64,000 bases of DNA from NCBI GenBank assembly GCA_964416155.1, contig CAYQCW010000001.1, positions 215,211 through 279,210 of the forward strand. Reading direction: 5' to 3'. The notes under the pieces were generated by a model. It did not search any database. It worked only from the letters and a program-made list of their open reading frames with translations, and was not told where the DNA came from. The position numbers were made by a program, and so were the translations under genes. Numbering within the stretch: position 1 is the stretch's first letter; every line of letters starts with the position of its first letter. The stretch comes from an uncultured Nitrososphaerota archaeon. GTDB taxonomy: Archaea; Thermoproteota; EX4484-205; JAAOZP01. Below, piece after piece: positions 1-9,814 of this stretch.

Positions 1-170
1 CTCAAAGACTTGACCACCGGGGCGTATGTTGGGAAGGGGATGTGTACTCCTTTCTCCTCGAGCTCCCATTCTAGGCCGAGGTGAATATCGGCTACAACCA
101 TGGCGTCCAGTGATTTCACGTACAGTGCTGGTTCGAACTCAACTATTTCAACATCGTCAGTTAGCAGCAT
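1..170 (-). CDS. Metallophosphoesterase (Lhr-associated MPE/ICC-like), 5' part only; runs off the window edge
   Basis: Not in the ORF track. ATG at 170 reads MLLTDDVEIVEFEPALYVKSLDAMVVADIHLGLEWELEEKGVHIP, with a DxH-LG calcineurin-like motif; overlaps the lhr stop. Confidence 0.85.
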   Translation of the reverse strand, partial: MLLTDDVEIVEFEPALYVKSLDAMVVADIHLGLEWELEEKGVHIPFPTYAPVVKSL

Positions 171-2805
171 GTATTGCCGCCAGAACCTCCCTGTGAAGCC
201 TCTCTAGAAGAGTCCTCTTATCCTCCATGAGCACAACGTCGGAGAAGCTTGAAACAAGCAGAGAGTGGGAGAGAGGGGAAGCAACCCTGTTAGGCTTGCA
301 GACCACTAGGCTCCTCACACCCTCTTCGAACTCGGATACAAATCTCGTCGCGTTCTTAATATCCATAACATCCTCAAGGATCTCCCTGTATGTTTCCCTC
401 ATAACTGGGAAATCCTTCAAATCCTTCACAGCTTTAAGAACGTGTTCAGAGTTCAACTGCAGTTTAGAAACTATTACCTCATGACCCTTATAGTTCCTAA
501 GTATCATGAAGCTCCTGACAGCAACATGCCTAAACCTGTGTTTCAACATGTCTGTCTTTTCAATCGACGAGACGACGAGTTCCTGAAGGTTTGAAGAGTT
601 CACCGATCTAACAACCTTCTCTGGATCAACCCTGTATTTTGGCGGGAGCATCAGCAGGAAACCATTATCGCTCACCGCGATCTGTATTGAAACGGATCCG
701 AGCAGGTTTGACGCCGCCACTGCGAACGCTCTTGAAAGGACATCATTAACCCTTCTTCCCACTAGGCTGTGGAAAACAAGAATCTGCCTATCCGACTCAT
801 CAACATAGTTCTCCACTATTAACGAGCCCTTCCTGATGTACGGGAGTATACCTATGTTGTTGAAGTATTCCGCGGTTATCCTGAGATAATCGTAGAGGGC
901 GACAGCAGTCTTCCCGTCTACCTTGAAATACTCCATGTACTGCTTAACCCTGTCCTTCTTCCTGTCGAACAGGATTGTCTGGAGCTCTCTTACCCTGAAC
1001 TCGTCAATCATGTTGGCCAAGTCGTAGGAGAGGGGGAGCATCTCGGAGAACCATTGGGGCACAGTCGGCTTCTCACCCTCAGCGGGTTCGACTATAAGCT
1101 TCATCAAACGGCTTTTCAAACACCTGTATGGCCTGCCTCCGAGCAGGAAGATGTCTCCGGGGGAAAGCCTTTCGAAAAACTCCTCCTCAATGTTTCCAAC
1201 AGGCCTGTTGTCCCTTGTGAAGACCTTGACCATCGCCATGTCGGGTATCGTACCGGTGTTAGTCATGTAGATCACCCTAGCGAGATTACCCCTTCTTCCG
1301 AAAACCCCGTCAGCCTCGTCAAGCCAAATCTTCCCGTAAACCTTGTATCCCTCAAGCTGCCTGTAGTACCCGCTTAAATACCTCAGGACGCTTACGAAAT
1401 CCTCTCTTGTCAGGTTTCTGAAGTTGTATGATCTCCTAACGAGACCATATGCTTCGTCAACCCTCCATTTTCTCTCAACAGCCATGCCTACGATGTGCTG
1501 AGCCAAAACGTCAAGAGGATTCTCCGGAATATAGGCTTCGTCAAGCTTTCCTGCTTCAGCAGCCTTAGACATTACGAGTACCTCGAGAAGATCATCCCTC
1601 TCCATGGGTATGAAGATGCCTTTTGAAACAGCCTCGAGAGAATGGCCCGAACGCCCTACTCTTTGAATCGCCCGGGTCACGGACTTGGGTGAGCCTATTT
1701 GAACCACGCAGTCTATGAAGCCGATGTCTATGCCTAGTTCAAGCGAGGTACTGGTGACAACAGCCTTAAGCCTTCCCTTCTTCAACTTGTCTTCAACGTC
1801 CAGCCTAACCTCGCGCGATAGAGAAGAATGGTGAGCAGCATACTCGTCCTCGCTTAAAACGGTTTTAGGCCTGAGCTTCTTAAGATGGTATACTACTCTC
1901 TCGGTGCTGCTCCGCGTGTTGGTGAAGATGAGAGTAGTCCTGTTACGCCTTATGATTTCGTTTATCAACCTGTACATCCTCCTGCCGAGCTCTTCAGCAG
2001 GCGTGTGGACGAGGTGATGGTGCGGCGATACGACTTTAAGCTCGAACCTCTTTGAAGCATGAACATCCACTACGGTGCAAGGCCTCGGCGAGGAATCCTC
2101 GTAACCAGCCAGGTAGGCAGCAATCTTCTCCAAAGGGTGGATGGTTGCGGATAAGCCTATCCTCTGGAAATCTTGGCCGGAGAAGCTTCTCAGCCTTTCA
2201 AGGCTTAGCGAGAGGTGGGCACCCCTCTTAGAGCTGCAGAGCTCGTGTATCTCATCCACCACAACCCATCTGACACCCTTTAGAAAAGATCTGAATTTCG
2301 GCGCTACGAGAATTATGGAGAGGCTTTCAGGAGTGGTTATGAGTATGTGAGGAGGCTTCTTAAGCATCCTTCCCCTTTCAGAGGTTTTAGTATCACCCGT
2401 CCTAACGTGTATCCTTATCTCTGGAAGAGAGACCCCTTTCTCCTCGGCAAGCCTCCTCAGCTCTTCCAACGGTTGTGAAAGGTTCTTCCTCACGTCATTG
2501 TTTAAAGACCGGAGGGGAGAAACATAAAGACAATAAACCCTGTCTTCAAGCCTGCCTTCGAAACCCATTTTAATCAGATCATCCAGAATTGTTAAGAAGC
2601 ATGCGAGCGTCTTACCGCTTCCGGTTGGCGCAGAGATTAAAGTGTTCTCACCCCTCCTAATAGGGATTATCCCATAGGACTGCGGCGGGGTTAACCCTTT
2701 GAACCTGCTTCTAAACCATTCGCCAACAATAGGGTGGAGTACCCTAACAACATCCTCGAGCGAACTCTTAACAGTGTAGAACCTGAAGGGCTCCCCTGAC
2801 ATCAC
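157..2805 (-). CDS. lhr: Lhr-family ATP-dependent SF2 helicase
   Basis: APTGSGKT, DEIH, GLSAT, HHSSLS, SLELGIDIG and QRVGRSGH motifs; 882 aa. Confidence 0.95.
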   Translation of the reverse strand: MMSGEPFRFYTVKSSLEDVVRVLHPIVGEWFRSRFKGLTPPQSYGIIPIRRGENTLISAPTGSGKTLACFLTILDDLIKMGFEGRLEDRVYCLYVSPLRSLNNDVRKNLSQPLEELRRLAEEKGVSLPEIRIHVRTGDTKTSERGRMLKKPPHILITTPESLSIILVAPKFRSFLKGVRWVVVDEIHELCSSKRGAHLSLSLERLRSFSGQDFQRIGLSATIHPLEKIAAYLAGYEDSSPRPCTVVDVHASKRFELKVVSPHHHLVHTPAEELGRRMYRLINEIIRRNRTTLIFTNTRSSTERVVYHLKKLRPKTVLSEDEYAAHHSSLSREVRLDVEDKLKKGRLKAVVTSTSLELGIDIGFIDCVVQIGSPKSVTRAIQRVGRSGHSLEAVSKGIFIPMERDDLLEVLVMSKAAEAGKLDEAYIPENPLDVLAQHIVGMAVERKWRVDEAYGLVRRSYNFRNLTREDFVSVLRYLSGYYRQLEGYKVYGKIWLDEADGVFGRRGNLARVIYMTNTGTIPDMAMVKVFTRDNRPVGNIEEEFFERLSPGDIFLLGGRPYRCLKSRLMKLIVEPAEGEKPTVPQWFSEMLPLSYDLANMIDEFRVRELQTILFDRKKDRVKQYMEYFKVDGKTAVALYDYLRITAEYFNNIGILPYIRKGSLIVENYVDESDRQILVFHSLVGRRVNDVLSRAFAVAASNLLGSVSIQIAVSDNGFLLMLPPKYRVDPEKVVRSVNSSNLQELVVSSIEKTDMLKHRFRHVAVRSFMILRNYKGHEVIVSKLQLNSEHVLKAVKDLKDFPVMRETYREILEDVMDIKNATRFVSEFEEGVRSLVVCKPNRVASPLSHSLLVSSFSDVVLMEDKRTLLERLHREVLAAIHAAN

Positions 2806-2852
2806 TCGGCTCCTTCAAAGCTATGCTCAAGATAGTGTTGATAAACCTTCCC

Positions 2853-3452
2853 CTAACTCCCGCTTTTCCACCGGGGCATCACTATAAGGCCTTCATCAGG
2901 ATCCCCGTAGGCCTCGTAATCACCATCGTAAAACATTTTCGCCACGAGGGCAGCAGTAACAGCGTCAAGCTCATGATGGGTCTCCGCCTTCCCCAGCCCC
3001 CTTATTTTAAGACGCGCTAATCCTTTCCGAAGACTCTTGACGCCGCGAGATTTACGCGGTATCCTGAGAATATCCTGAGCTCCTCCGGGATAAACCTCTA
3101 TAACCCTGAAACCAGAAGAATCAAGCATCTTTTTAAGCCGGATGCCTCTTTCCGTCAGGGAGCGCATAGGCCCCAGTGTGACGGGGAAAAACCTTATGCC
3201 TCTTCTCAAAAGCTCCCTGTCGCAAACCCTAAGGTGAATACTACTCCTGACCTGTAGGCTGACTCTCCCCCTTGGCAGGGAGAGCGGAGCATCAACCGCG
3301 ACCACCGCGGGATTGAAACGTGAAACCTTCCTCAGGATCTCCGCATCCGTATACAGCATCATTGTTTCAACGCTTAGGGACTCATCCAGGGCTGCGAAAC
3401 CACTTGGCCTAGTCTCCACCCCGGCTAGATCTATGCCTATGAAAAACATCAT
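2853..3452 (-). CDS. DUF429 family predicted nuclease (RNase H-like fold)
   Basis: GIDLAG, VAVDAPLSLP, R-x-CD, IEVYP and HELDA motifs. Confidence 0.85.
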   Translation of the reverse strand: MMFFIGIDLAGVETRPSGFAALDESLSVETMMLYTDAEILRKVSRFNPAVVAVDAPLSLPRGRVSLQVRSSIHLRVCDRELLRRGIRFFPVTLGPMRSLTERGIRLKKMLDSSGFRVIEVYPGGAQDILRIPRKSRGVKSLRKGLARLKIRGLGKAETHHELDAVTAALVAKMFYDGDYEAYGDPDEGLIVMPRWKSGS

Positions 3453-4210
3453 ATTCTCAACCCAAACAGCCTGAGAGCGTTCCTAGTGGTTTCCTCAGCA
3501 ACAGTATCCTGATCGACTTTTTTAATCCTAGCTATCTCCCTGAGGCTGAAAACAATGTTTGCAGGCTCATTCCTCTTAAACGGGTCAACCCCGAGAACCG
3601 GCGAGTCTGACTCCAGCAGAATGTTTTCCAACGGGAGCCTGGCTGCAAGCTTCTGCTTCTGCGGCGACCTCACTATTGAGGGTGGAATGCTGAAGAAGAA
3701 GCCTGCTTCAACACTCTTCATAGCGTACGAGGCCTTCCCGTCGAAAGCATGCATCAAAACCCTTTTAGCATTGTTTGCAACCAGTATGTCGATAGCCTCT
3801 CTACCGGCGCTTCTCGAGTGAACTATAATCGGCACATCAAGCTTTTTAGCAAGCCCTATGAAATTTTCGAAAACCCCGATAAGCCTAGCCCTGTCCTCGC
3901 GACTCCTAACCGTATAGTAGTCTAGGCCAACCTCGCCGACTCCGATTATCCGACTCTTGTTGTCAAGGATGAGTTGCGTAACTTCCTCATGTCTGACGGA
4001 GAAGGGGGCTCCGTAGTCAATACCTATGGTCGAGTAAACATAGCCCTTGAATCTTTCCGAAATCCTCAGAGATCTTAAGCCACCATCCGGGCCCAGCCCA
4101 CAGTCCACGATGGCTGCTAAACCGTTCTCCCTAGCTTTCAACACAACGGTATCCAGGTCGGTTTCGAAAGAACTATCGCTCAAATGCGCATGCACATCTA
4201 TGAGCCGCAA
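3449..4210 (-). CDS. tatD: TatD family deoxyribonuclease
   Basis: DVHAH, GEVGLDY, VHSR, HAF, LLESDSP and RNEP motifs. Confidence 0.95.
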   Translation of the reverse strand: MRLIDVHAHLSDSSFETDLDTVVLKARENGLAAIVDCGLGPDGGLRSLRISERFKGYVYSTIGIDYGAPFSVRHEEVTQLILDNKSRIIGVGEVGLDYYTVRSREDRARLIGVFENFIGLAKKLDVPIIVHSRSAGREAIDILVANNAKRVLMHAFDGKASYAMKSVEAGFFFSIPPSIVRSPQKQKLAARLPLENILLESDSPVLGVDPFKRNEPANIVFSLREIARIKKVDQDTVAEETTRNALRLFGLRI

Positions 4211-4278
4211 GGAGACGAGTCAGCCTGTTCGAAGACAGAGATAAACCTTTAACTACCTTAAATCCTCATTAAGCCGGA

Positions 4279-4482
4279 ATGGTTAAGAAGGCGGGCACCA
4301 GGCTATACGTGCTTAACAAGAGGCTGGGTGGGAAAACATACTCTGCGACAATGCTGTATTTACCGAGTAAGATCGTTAACGATTCCGCGTTCCCCCTGAG
4401 AAAGAAGAGCAGGCTCGTCGTGAGAATAGTTGGCGACAAGATAGTTGTTGAGAGCGAGAAGACCGGTAGGAGGAAGCCTTAA
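4279..4482 (+). CDS. Small AbrB/MazE-like (swapped-hairpin) DNA-binding protein
   Basis: 67 aa, basic, with LYLPSKIV...FPL...V-I-IVGDKIVVE pattern; TATA-like element (CCTTTAA) upstream. Confidence 0.65.
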   Translation: MVKKAGTRLYVLNKRLGGKTYSATMLYLPSKIVNDSAFPLRKKSRLVVRIVGDKIVVESEKTGRRKP

Positions 4483-4865
4483 CTAAGCCTATGCTTGAAA
4501 CCGGTGAAAGCCGTGTAAATTATTATGAATTGTTCAAGCTCCCTTAGGAAGCCTGTGCTTATATGCCATGAACCTTCTCTTTTCTCCACGATCCCGGCCC
4601 CCACAACCCCCCTAATCATGTTGTAAAACTGGCCCACCGTGATCCTTCTTTTCCCCACCCAGCTTTTCCACTCGCTCACATTCATGCCTGAAGAGCCTCT
4701 GGAAACAAGCTCCTCGCAGAAAACCTTTGCCTCAGACGCTAAAAGGGGGCTTCTCCAGAAAACCCTGGAAAACATCTCTTCTACGGTAGCGGGAACCCTG
4801 CCCGCTTTAAAAAGTATCGTAGTCCCTTTATGCGTCTGCCTACCCCTCCGGCTCCTCCTAGGCAT
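4479..4865 (-). CDS. Conserved hypothetical protein with winged-helix-like C-terminus
   Basis: FYNMIRGVVGAGIVEKREGSWHIS wHTH-like signature. Confidence 0.7.
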   Translation of the reverse strand: MPRRSRRGRQTHKGTTILFKAGRVPATVEEMFSRVFWRSPLLASEAKVFCEELVSRGSSGMNVSEWKSWVGKRRITVGQFYNMIRGVVGAGIVEKREGSWHISTGFLRELEQFIIIYTAFTGFKHRLS

Positions 4866-5051
4866 ACTGTCTGCTTCTAAACGCTCAGAGAAAAGCCTTA
4901 CTGACCTGCACCATTAACATCGCTGTCAAAGTGGCGATGAAAAGCACTCTGGTGAAGCAGCCCATAGGCTGCATGCATAGCAGGATCCACGTAGCCCTGA
5001 GCTTAACGGGATTGAGAGGCATAACTGAGGAACCCGTTGGTGAGTGCCGCA

Positions 5052-7604
5052 CTAGGCTAGGACGTCATACTCTTCCGAGACTGGGGGCGGCTGAGGCCTA
5101 CGCCTCCTTATCCAGAGCAGCGACATTGAAACAGCCAAAACGACAGCGAAGCTTATGACCACAAGGATCAAGTATAGATTGCTCACTCTAAAGAAAACCT
5201 CTTTAACACCAGTATTACCGTAAGGATCGGTGGCATTGATCACCATCCTGTATTCTCCAACCGGATTAGTAACTGGGAGATAATAGTCTCCAACCCACTT
5301 GCCACCCTGGTATCTGAGGCTTATGATGCTCGCGAGGGTACCGGAGGAGACCGTTGCAGTCACGTCTCCGTCTTCAAGACTTGAAGAATCCGGGTATTTA
5401 ACGATTGTTCTTAAAGAAACTGTTTCAAACCCCGCCTGATAACTCTCCTTCAAAGCCTCCATTTCAAAGCTTAGAACAGCCCGGGTTATTTCAACGGGAA
5501 CCATGTATAAACCATAGTTTTCAAAAGAGTCTTTAACGGTAACGTTTAACACGTACTGTCCCACGGGAGCACTCCGAGGGGCGCTGATGTTTCCAATCCA
5601 AGCTTCGGCTGAGAACCCTAGCTGGGCGAGAGCCTGCGCAACACCATTATGAACCAGCTTAGCGTCCACGAAGGCGCCTTTCTCCCTAGAAACGTTCTCC
5701 ACCGTAAGAACCTCCTTAGAAGGGTATTTCACCACCACTTTGACGGGTATTTTCTCGGTTCTGGAGAACCTGCTGCCAAGCGGGGTTAACAGCTGTATGA
5801 TTAGCCTAGCTGGAACAATCCTTATTTCCCGAGAGAAATCCCCACTGTTCCCCATCTCGTCTACCGCTGTTATCATAAGGATCCATCCTCCCGTTTCCTC
5901 GCCCACCGGGATCTTCCAAGACAGACCCCAGTCTCCCAAGCTGGTCTTGTCGAAGTTAAACGGGCCCTTTCTAGTCTGACCCTTGATAAGTTCAAGAGTC
6001 ACGCTGCCGGATGGCAAGGGTGTTCCATCAGGGTATGCAACGCCAACCGAGACGTTTAGCCTAACAGACCTTTCATAGGTAGCGTTAAGCTGGTTTTTTA
6101 GAGTTATCCTCAGCTTAGCAGTGGTGAGAGTAAACGTTCTGTTTCCGGAGCCAGTGTTTCCATACTGGTCTGAAGCCTCCACCTTAACCATGTAGCTACC
6201 CAAGGGGGCGGATGGTTCTGTCTTAATACTCTTGAACCAGTAGCCTTCGCGAAAGTAATCCATGAATATTTCTCTCCCCTGAACCCCGCCGTAGACCAGT
6301 CTTATCCTAACAACCCCGTTCCAAGGCAGGCTTGAACCATCCTTGTACTTAACTTGAACCGTTATGTTTACCGGCTTAACCCTTTCATAAGTTGTAGCAT
6401 CCATTTCTACAGTAACGTTTAAAACCGCCCTGACCAGGGTGACCTTAACAGCATCAGTAACCACCTTCATGTTTTTAAAGTCCAACGCATCATCACACTC
6501 TATGGAAGCAGAGAGGACGCCGAGCTGAATGTCCACGGGAACCGTTATCTGCCTACCAACTTCCCCTTTAGAATCCGTCTCCAGCCTCTGGCTGAAAACC
6601 ACGTGCGTCGAGTTTTTCAAGTAGAGCGTCGCTGACCCGCTGCGCACCAGCCCACCAGCCTTAACCATGATTATTGACTTACGCTCCCATACCCGTGGAA
6701 CATCCCAGATGCCGAAGTGATACTCTGTTACGCAGCCACTCCTGTTAACCCGCATAGTGTAGGTTCCCGGAGAAGGGTTGGTCAAGTTTATTGTGCGGGA
6801 GAACCCGCCAGTAGAATTAGCCGTTATGGAATAGGTTGCAAGAACCGAACCATTTGGACGGATTATTTTAAGGTCGAATGATGATGTAAAAAACTGGTCT
6901 CCACTAATCTTCACCTGAACACTGCTGGAAGAAGCATACACAGGCTTGTCCGTGAGAATTATCGGGGAGACGAGCATTGAGAACTCGTCGAAAAAGGTTT
7001 TCACACCGTCTTGAGGCGGGTCAAAAACGCCGAGGGAGAGGTTCACCTGCTTCACAAGGAACAGTTTAACACCGGTAGCGATAGAGATTGTTTGACTACC
7101 ATTATAAAGTATTGTTAAAGCATCCGATGAAGCATCCAGCCATATGGTTAAATTGTACCATTTTCCAGTCGAGAAAGTTGCGCCGTCATTCCTCCTATCT
7201 AGCCTGTAGGCCACTAGCTTCATATCGAGAAAGCCAAGCTTAACCTCGTACGTTGAAGAATCTGTAAGCACGAGGATCATCTTGGTAAAATTGAAGCTTG
7301 TGCCATTGTTTATCTTCATCATGAAGCTTGTTTTGAAGGATCCCTTAGCGTTTAAGACAGAGTATATGTATCCACGGTTCCCGGATGAAACGTTTATGCT
7401 TAGGCAGGGGCCCCGGAAGCCGTAAGGAGAAAAAGAGTAGCCTGAGCCCGTGAAGGATCCTGAGGGAGATATGCTTAGATTATTGGTGAAGGAAGAGTTG
7501 TAAGCAGGTATGAAGCACCCGTCGGCCTCAACTCCGACCGGCATTATTAGGATTGCTAAGAGCAGCAATGCTGCAACCAGTATTACCATGCTATCCTTTG
7601 GCAT
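5052..7604 (-). CDS. Secreted, membrane-anchored surface protein with tandem Ig-like repeats
   Basis: N-terminal signal peptide, many N-x-S/T sequons, four ~100-aa repeats (YER..V.V.YPDG...W...P.G.Y...A.D.YGN.G), C-terminal TM helix followed by RRRR. Confidence 0.85.
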   Translation of the reverse strand: MPKDSMVILVAALLLLAILIMPVGVEADGCFIPAYNSSFTNNLSISPSGSFTGSGYSFSPYGFRGPCLSINVSSGNRGYIYSVLNAKGSFKTSFMMKINNGTSFNFTKMILVLTDSSTYEVKLGFLDMKLVAYRLDRRNDGATFSTGKWYNLTIWLDASSDALTILYNGSQTISIATGVKLFLVKQVNLSLGVFDPPQDGVKTFFDEFSMLVSPIILTDKPVYASSSSVQVKISGDQFFTSSFDLKIIRPNGSVLATYSITANSTGGFSRTINLTNPSPGTYTMRVNRSGCVTEYHFGIWDVPRVWERKSIIMVKAGGLVRSGSATLYLKNSTHVVFSQRLETDSKGEVGRQITVPVDIQLGVLSASIECDDALDFKNMKVVTDAVKVTLVRAVLNVTVEMDATTYERVKPVNITVQVKYKDGSSLPWNGVVRIRLVYGGVQGREIFMDYFREGYWFKSIKTEPSAPLGSYMVKVEASDQYGNTGSGNRTFTLTTAKLRITLKNQLNATYERSVRLNVSVGVAYPDGTPLPSGSVTLELIKGQTRKGPFNFDKTSLGDWGLSWKIPVGEETGGWILMITAVDEMGNSGDFSREIRIVPARLIIQLLTPLGSRFSRTEKIPVKVVVKYPSKEVLTVENVSREKGAFVDAKLVHNGVAQALAQLGFSAEAWIGNISAPRSAPVGQYVLNVTVKDSFENYGLYMVPVEITRAVLSFEMEALKESYQAGFETVSLRTIVKYPDSSSLEDGDVTATVSSGTLASIISLRYQGGKWVGDYYLPVTNPVGEYRMVINATDPYGNTGVKEVFFRVSNLYLILVVISFAVVLAVSMSLLWIRRRRPQPPPVSEEYDVLA

Positions 7605-7695
7605 CTGTGATGCTTCCTTATCAAGCGTTTTAAAGGTTTTGTTAGGTTTGTATAAAAATAAAATAGTATGGTTTCCGGTGGAGGCTTAACCCCGT

Positions 7696-8316
7696 TCACT
7701 TGCCACCGTAAAAAAGCCTCTTCACTCTGAACAACACTTTTCTAAACCACCCTCTTTTTTCAACCTTCAACTCTCCCTTTAAAACCATGTCTAAAACACT
7801 CCTATAAGCATCAGGATTTCTTAAAGCTAGGAGTAGAAGCGTCTCCTCGCTCAACCTAGATCCCTTCAGAGGAGTATGGCCATTCTCCATGTTTTTTAAA
7901 AGCTTCTTCTCGCTTTTCCTCAAGCCAATAATGTTCAAGGCTAGGAGAATTAATCCTGCTGCGAAAAAAACTATGGTCTGCAAGTATGTTGCCGGATCTT
8001 TCTGAGAAATATTCCCAGTATCCTGCATAATCGCGCCCCCCGGAGGCGAGCCTGAAAACCTTGCGTCGTATTTAACGAGCAGCGTGGAATCCTGAGCTAA
8101 TGTTTTAAAAGATTCAGGCCTGAAAACCGTTAAAGAAACGTTGTTGGCCAAATATAGTTCAACAAGTGTCCTGTTGCAGAGGAAAGCAGTTACACGCATT
8201 GAAACATGAGTCTCGTTTCCCATAATCGTGCTTGAGGGGCCTGCACACGTGTTAAGGCAAGTATTGAAAAGCACGGCTAAGAGGAACGTTAAGCACGTTT
8301 TTACACGCATCGTCAA
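7696..8316 (-). CDS. Hypothetical membrane protein
   Basis: Signal-like N-terminus and one central TM helix; co-oriented with the surface protein. Confidence 0.65.
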   Translation of the reverse strand: MTMRVKTCLTFLLAVLFNTCLNTCAGPSSTIMGNETHVSMRVTAFLCNRTLVELYLANNVSLTVFRPESFKTLAQDSTLLVKYDARFSGSPPGGAIMQDTGNISQKDPATYLQTIVFFAAGLILLALNIIGLRKSEKKLLKNMENGHTPLKGSRLSEETLLLLALRNPDAYRSVLDMVLKGELKVEKRGWFRKVLFRVKRLFYGGK

Positions 8317-8362
8317 CTCTATTTTTAAACTTGAGAGGATGCTGATAAGCCCCCATGCGTCA

Positions 8363-8427
8363 CGGCATCAATCCGCCCATCTTATCCTCATCCTTAATCA
8401 GATTTTTGAGGCGGTTTTCATCTGCCG
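8363..8427 (-). ncRNA. Box C/D-like small RNA candidate
   Basis: Minus strand reads CGGC-AGATGA-N16-CTGA-TTA-AGGATGA-N16-TTGA-TGCCG: terminal stem plus C, D', C', D boxes in order. TATA-like TTAAATA lies about 25 nt upstream. Confidence 0.6.
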
Positions 8428-8467
8428 GAGAATAATATTGAGAGAAGGTATTTAAGCATTAAGCACA

Positions 8468-8929
8468 TCATGGTTCCGAACCGGTCAGCTTTAAAATCTG
8501 TCGCGAAATATTCCTCCAGTGAGAACCCCTCCAGTATAACTTGCCACACGCCTTACACCTCCAGATTAAACCCACGTTTTTAGGAGCACCGGGATTTTTC
8601 TCAGCCTCATCAGGGGGCAAGAGCTCAAGCTCACCGTTGCAAACCGTGCACCTTAAAGAATCCTCCTGGAGAAACAGCTTAAACCTCTCCACCAGCAGCC
8701 TTAACACCTCCTCCTCCGTTAAACCCTTGGTTAAAACAACTTCAACACTCTTTCTCTCAGCGATTTTCGCGAGCTCATCGTCAGAAGTCACAAGCACACG
8801 GCCGCCTAGAGCCAGTTGAACAATATCCTCGTCACCAACACTATTCAAGTAGAGGGTGTCGTAACCCATTATCCTAAGCCATTTAGCCACATAGCCATGC
8901 ATACTGTCAACCAGAAACCTCTGGCCCAA
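8468..8929 (-). CDS. Mut7-C RNase domain protein (PIN-like plus Zn ribbon)
   Basis: FLVDSMHG..AKWLRIMGYDT, LVTSD, RCTVCNG and CKACGKLYWRGSHW motifs. Confidence 0.92.
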   Translation of the reverse strand: MGQRFLVDSMHGYVAKWLRIMGYDTLYLNSVGDEDIVQLALGGRVLVTSDDELAKIAERKSVEVVLTKGLTEEEVLRLLVERFKLFLQEDSLRCTVCNGELELLPPDEAEKNPGAPKNVGLIWRCKACGKLYWRGSHWRNISRQILKLTGSEP

Positions 8930-9812
8930 TCCTGACAGCCTTTAGAAAATCCATTTCAGTCAAGAAGCCTTCCAGAGAGCCGGATTTAACCACAAGGGCT
9001 GAGCCGTAACTGCTCCTCTTAACTATCTCCCAAGCCTCAGCTATCCTGACCTGCGGATCCAAAATAGGCGGATCCCTCACGGTGAAGTCTACGACGCTCA
9101 TGGACATAAGCTCGCCCAGCGTCCTTCCAGCATACTTGAAGAACTCCCTACCGCCGAGGAACCTGGCTATTGAACGGGAGGAGAATAACCCGACTGGCTT
9201 AGAGCCCTCCAAGCATGGTAAACGCCTGTGCCCAGAGCTCACCATGGTTTCAACACCTTCCCTCAGCCTCCTGTCTATTGAGATGCAAACCGGGGACTTA
9301 GACATATAGTCCTCGACGAACCCGCTTTCCAGAGAATAGTTAAACCTCTCCAGAACGTCCCGGACTGTTAAAACAGCCTTGAGCCGGTTGCTCTTATCCA
9401 CTACTGCGAGACTGCTAAAACCGTTCTTCATCATCAACATTATTGACTCCGGCATGCTTTCAGACTGGCCTATGCTTACCACGTCTTTACTCATGATTCT
9501 AGCCACAGGCGTCGACATTATGCTCACGACAGGCGTCCCGGGAGAATCTCTAGACCTCCAAAGCAGGTGTTTAACTGCCTCCATCGGTGTTACGATCCCC
9601 TCTAGAAGACCGCTTGCTGTCGCCACGAAAACTCTTCTAAAGCCTCTTGCAACCATTGTTTCAAGCAGCCGTGACAATGGGGTGGTCTTGGTTACTGAGA
9701 GCGGCGGGGAGGTAGCATAGTATAGTACTGTGGAAGGCGAAGGGTAAGACTGCACCCTCATTCGAGGGCGACCCTTCATGTATCTTAATCCCTTCTCCCT
9801 ATCCCTGCTCAA
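8907..9812 (-). CDS. CBS domain protein (four CBS domains)
   Basis: Repeated ...MS..V...GI.T..D CBS patterns. Confidence 0.85.
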   Translation of the reverse strand: MSRDREKGLRYMKGRPRMRVQSYPSPSTVLYYATSPPLSVTKTTPLSRLLETMVARGFRRVFVATASGLLEGIVTPMEAVKHLLWRSRDSPGTPVVSIMSTPVARIMSKDVVSIGQSESMPESIMLMMKNGFSSLAVVDKSNRLKAVLTVRDVLERFNYSLESGFVEDYMSKSPVCISIDRRLREGVETMVSSGHRRLPCLEGSKPVGLFSSRSIARFLGGREFFKYAGRTLGELMSMSVVDFTVRDPPILDPQVRIAEAWEIVKRSSYGSALVVKSGSLEGFLTEMDFLKAVRIGPEVSG

Positions 9813-9814
9813 CT

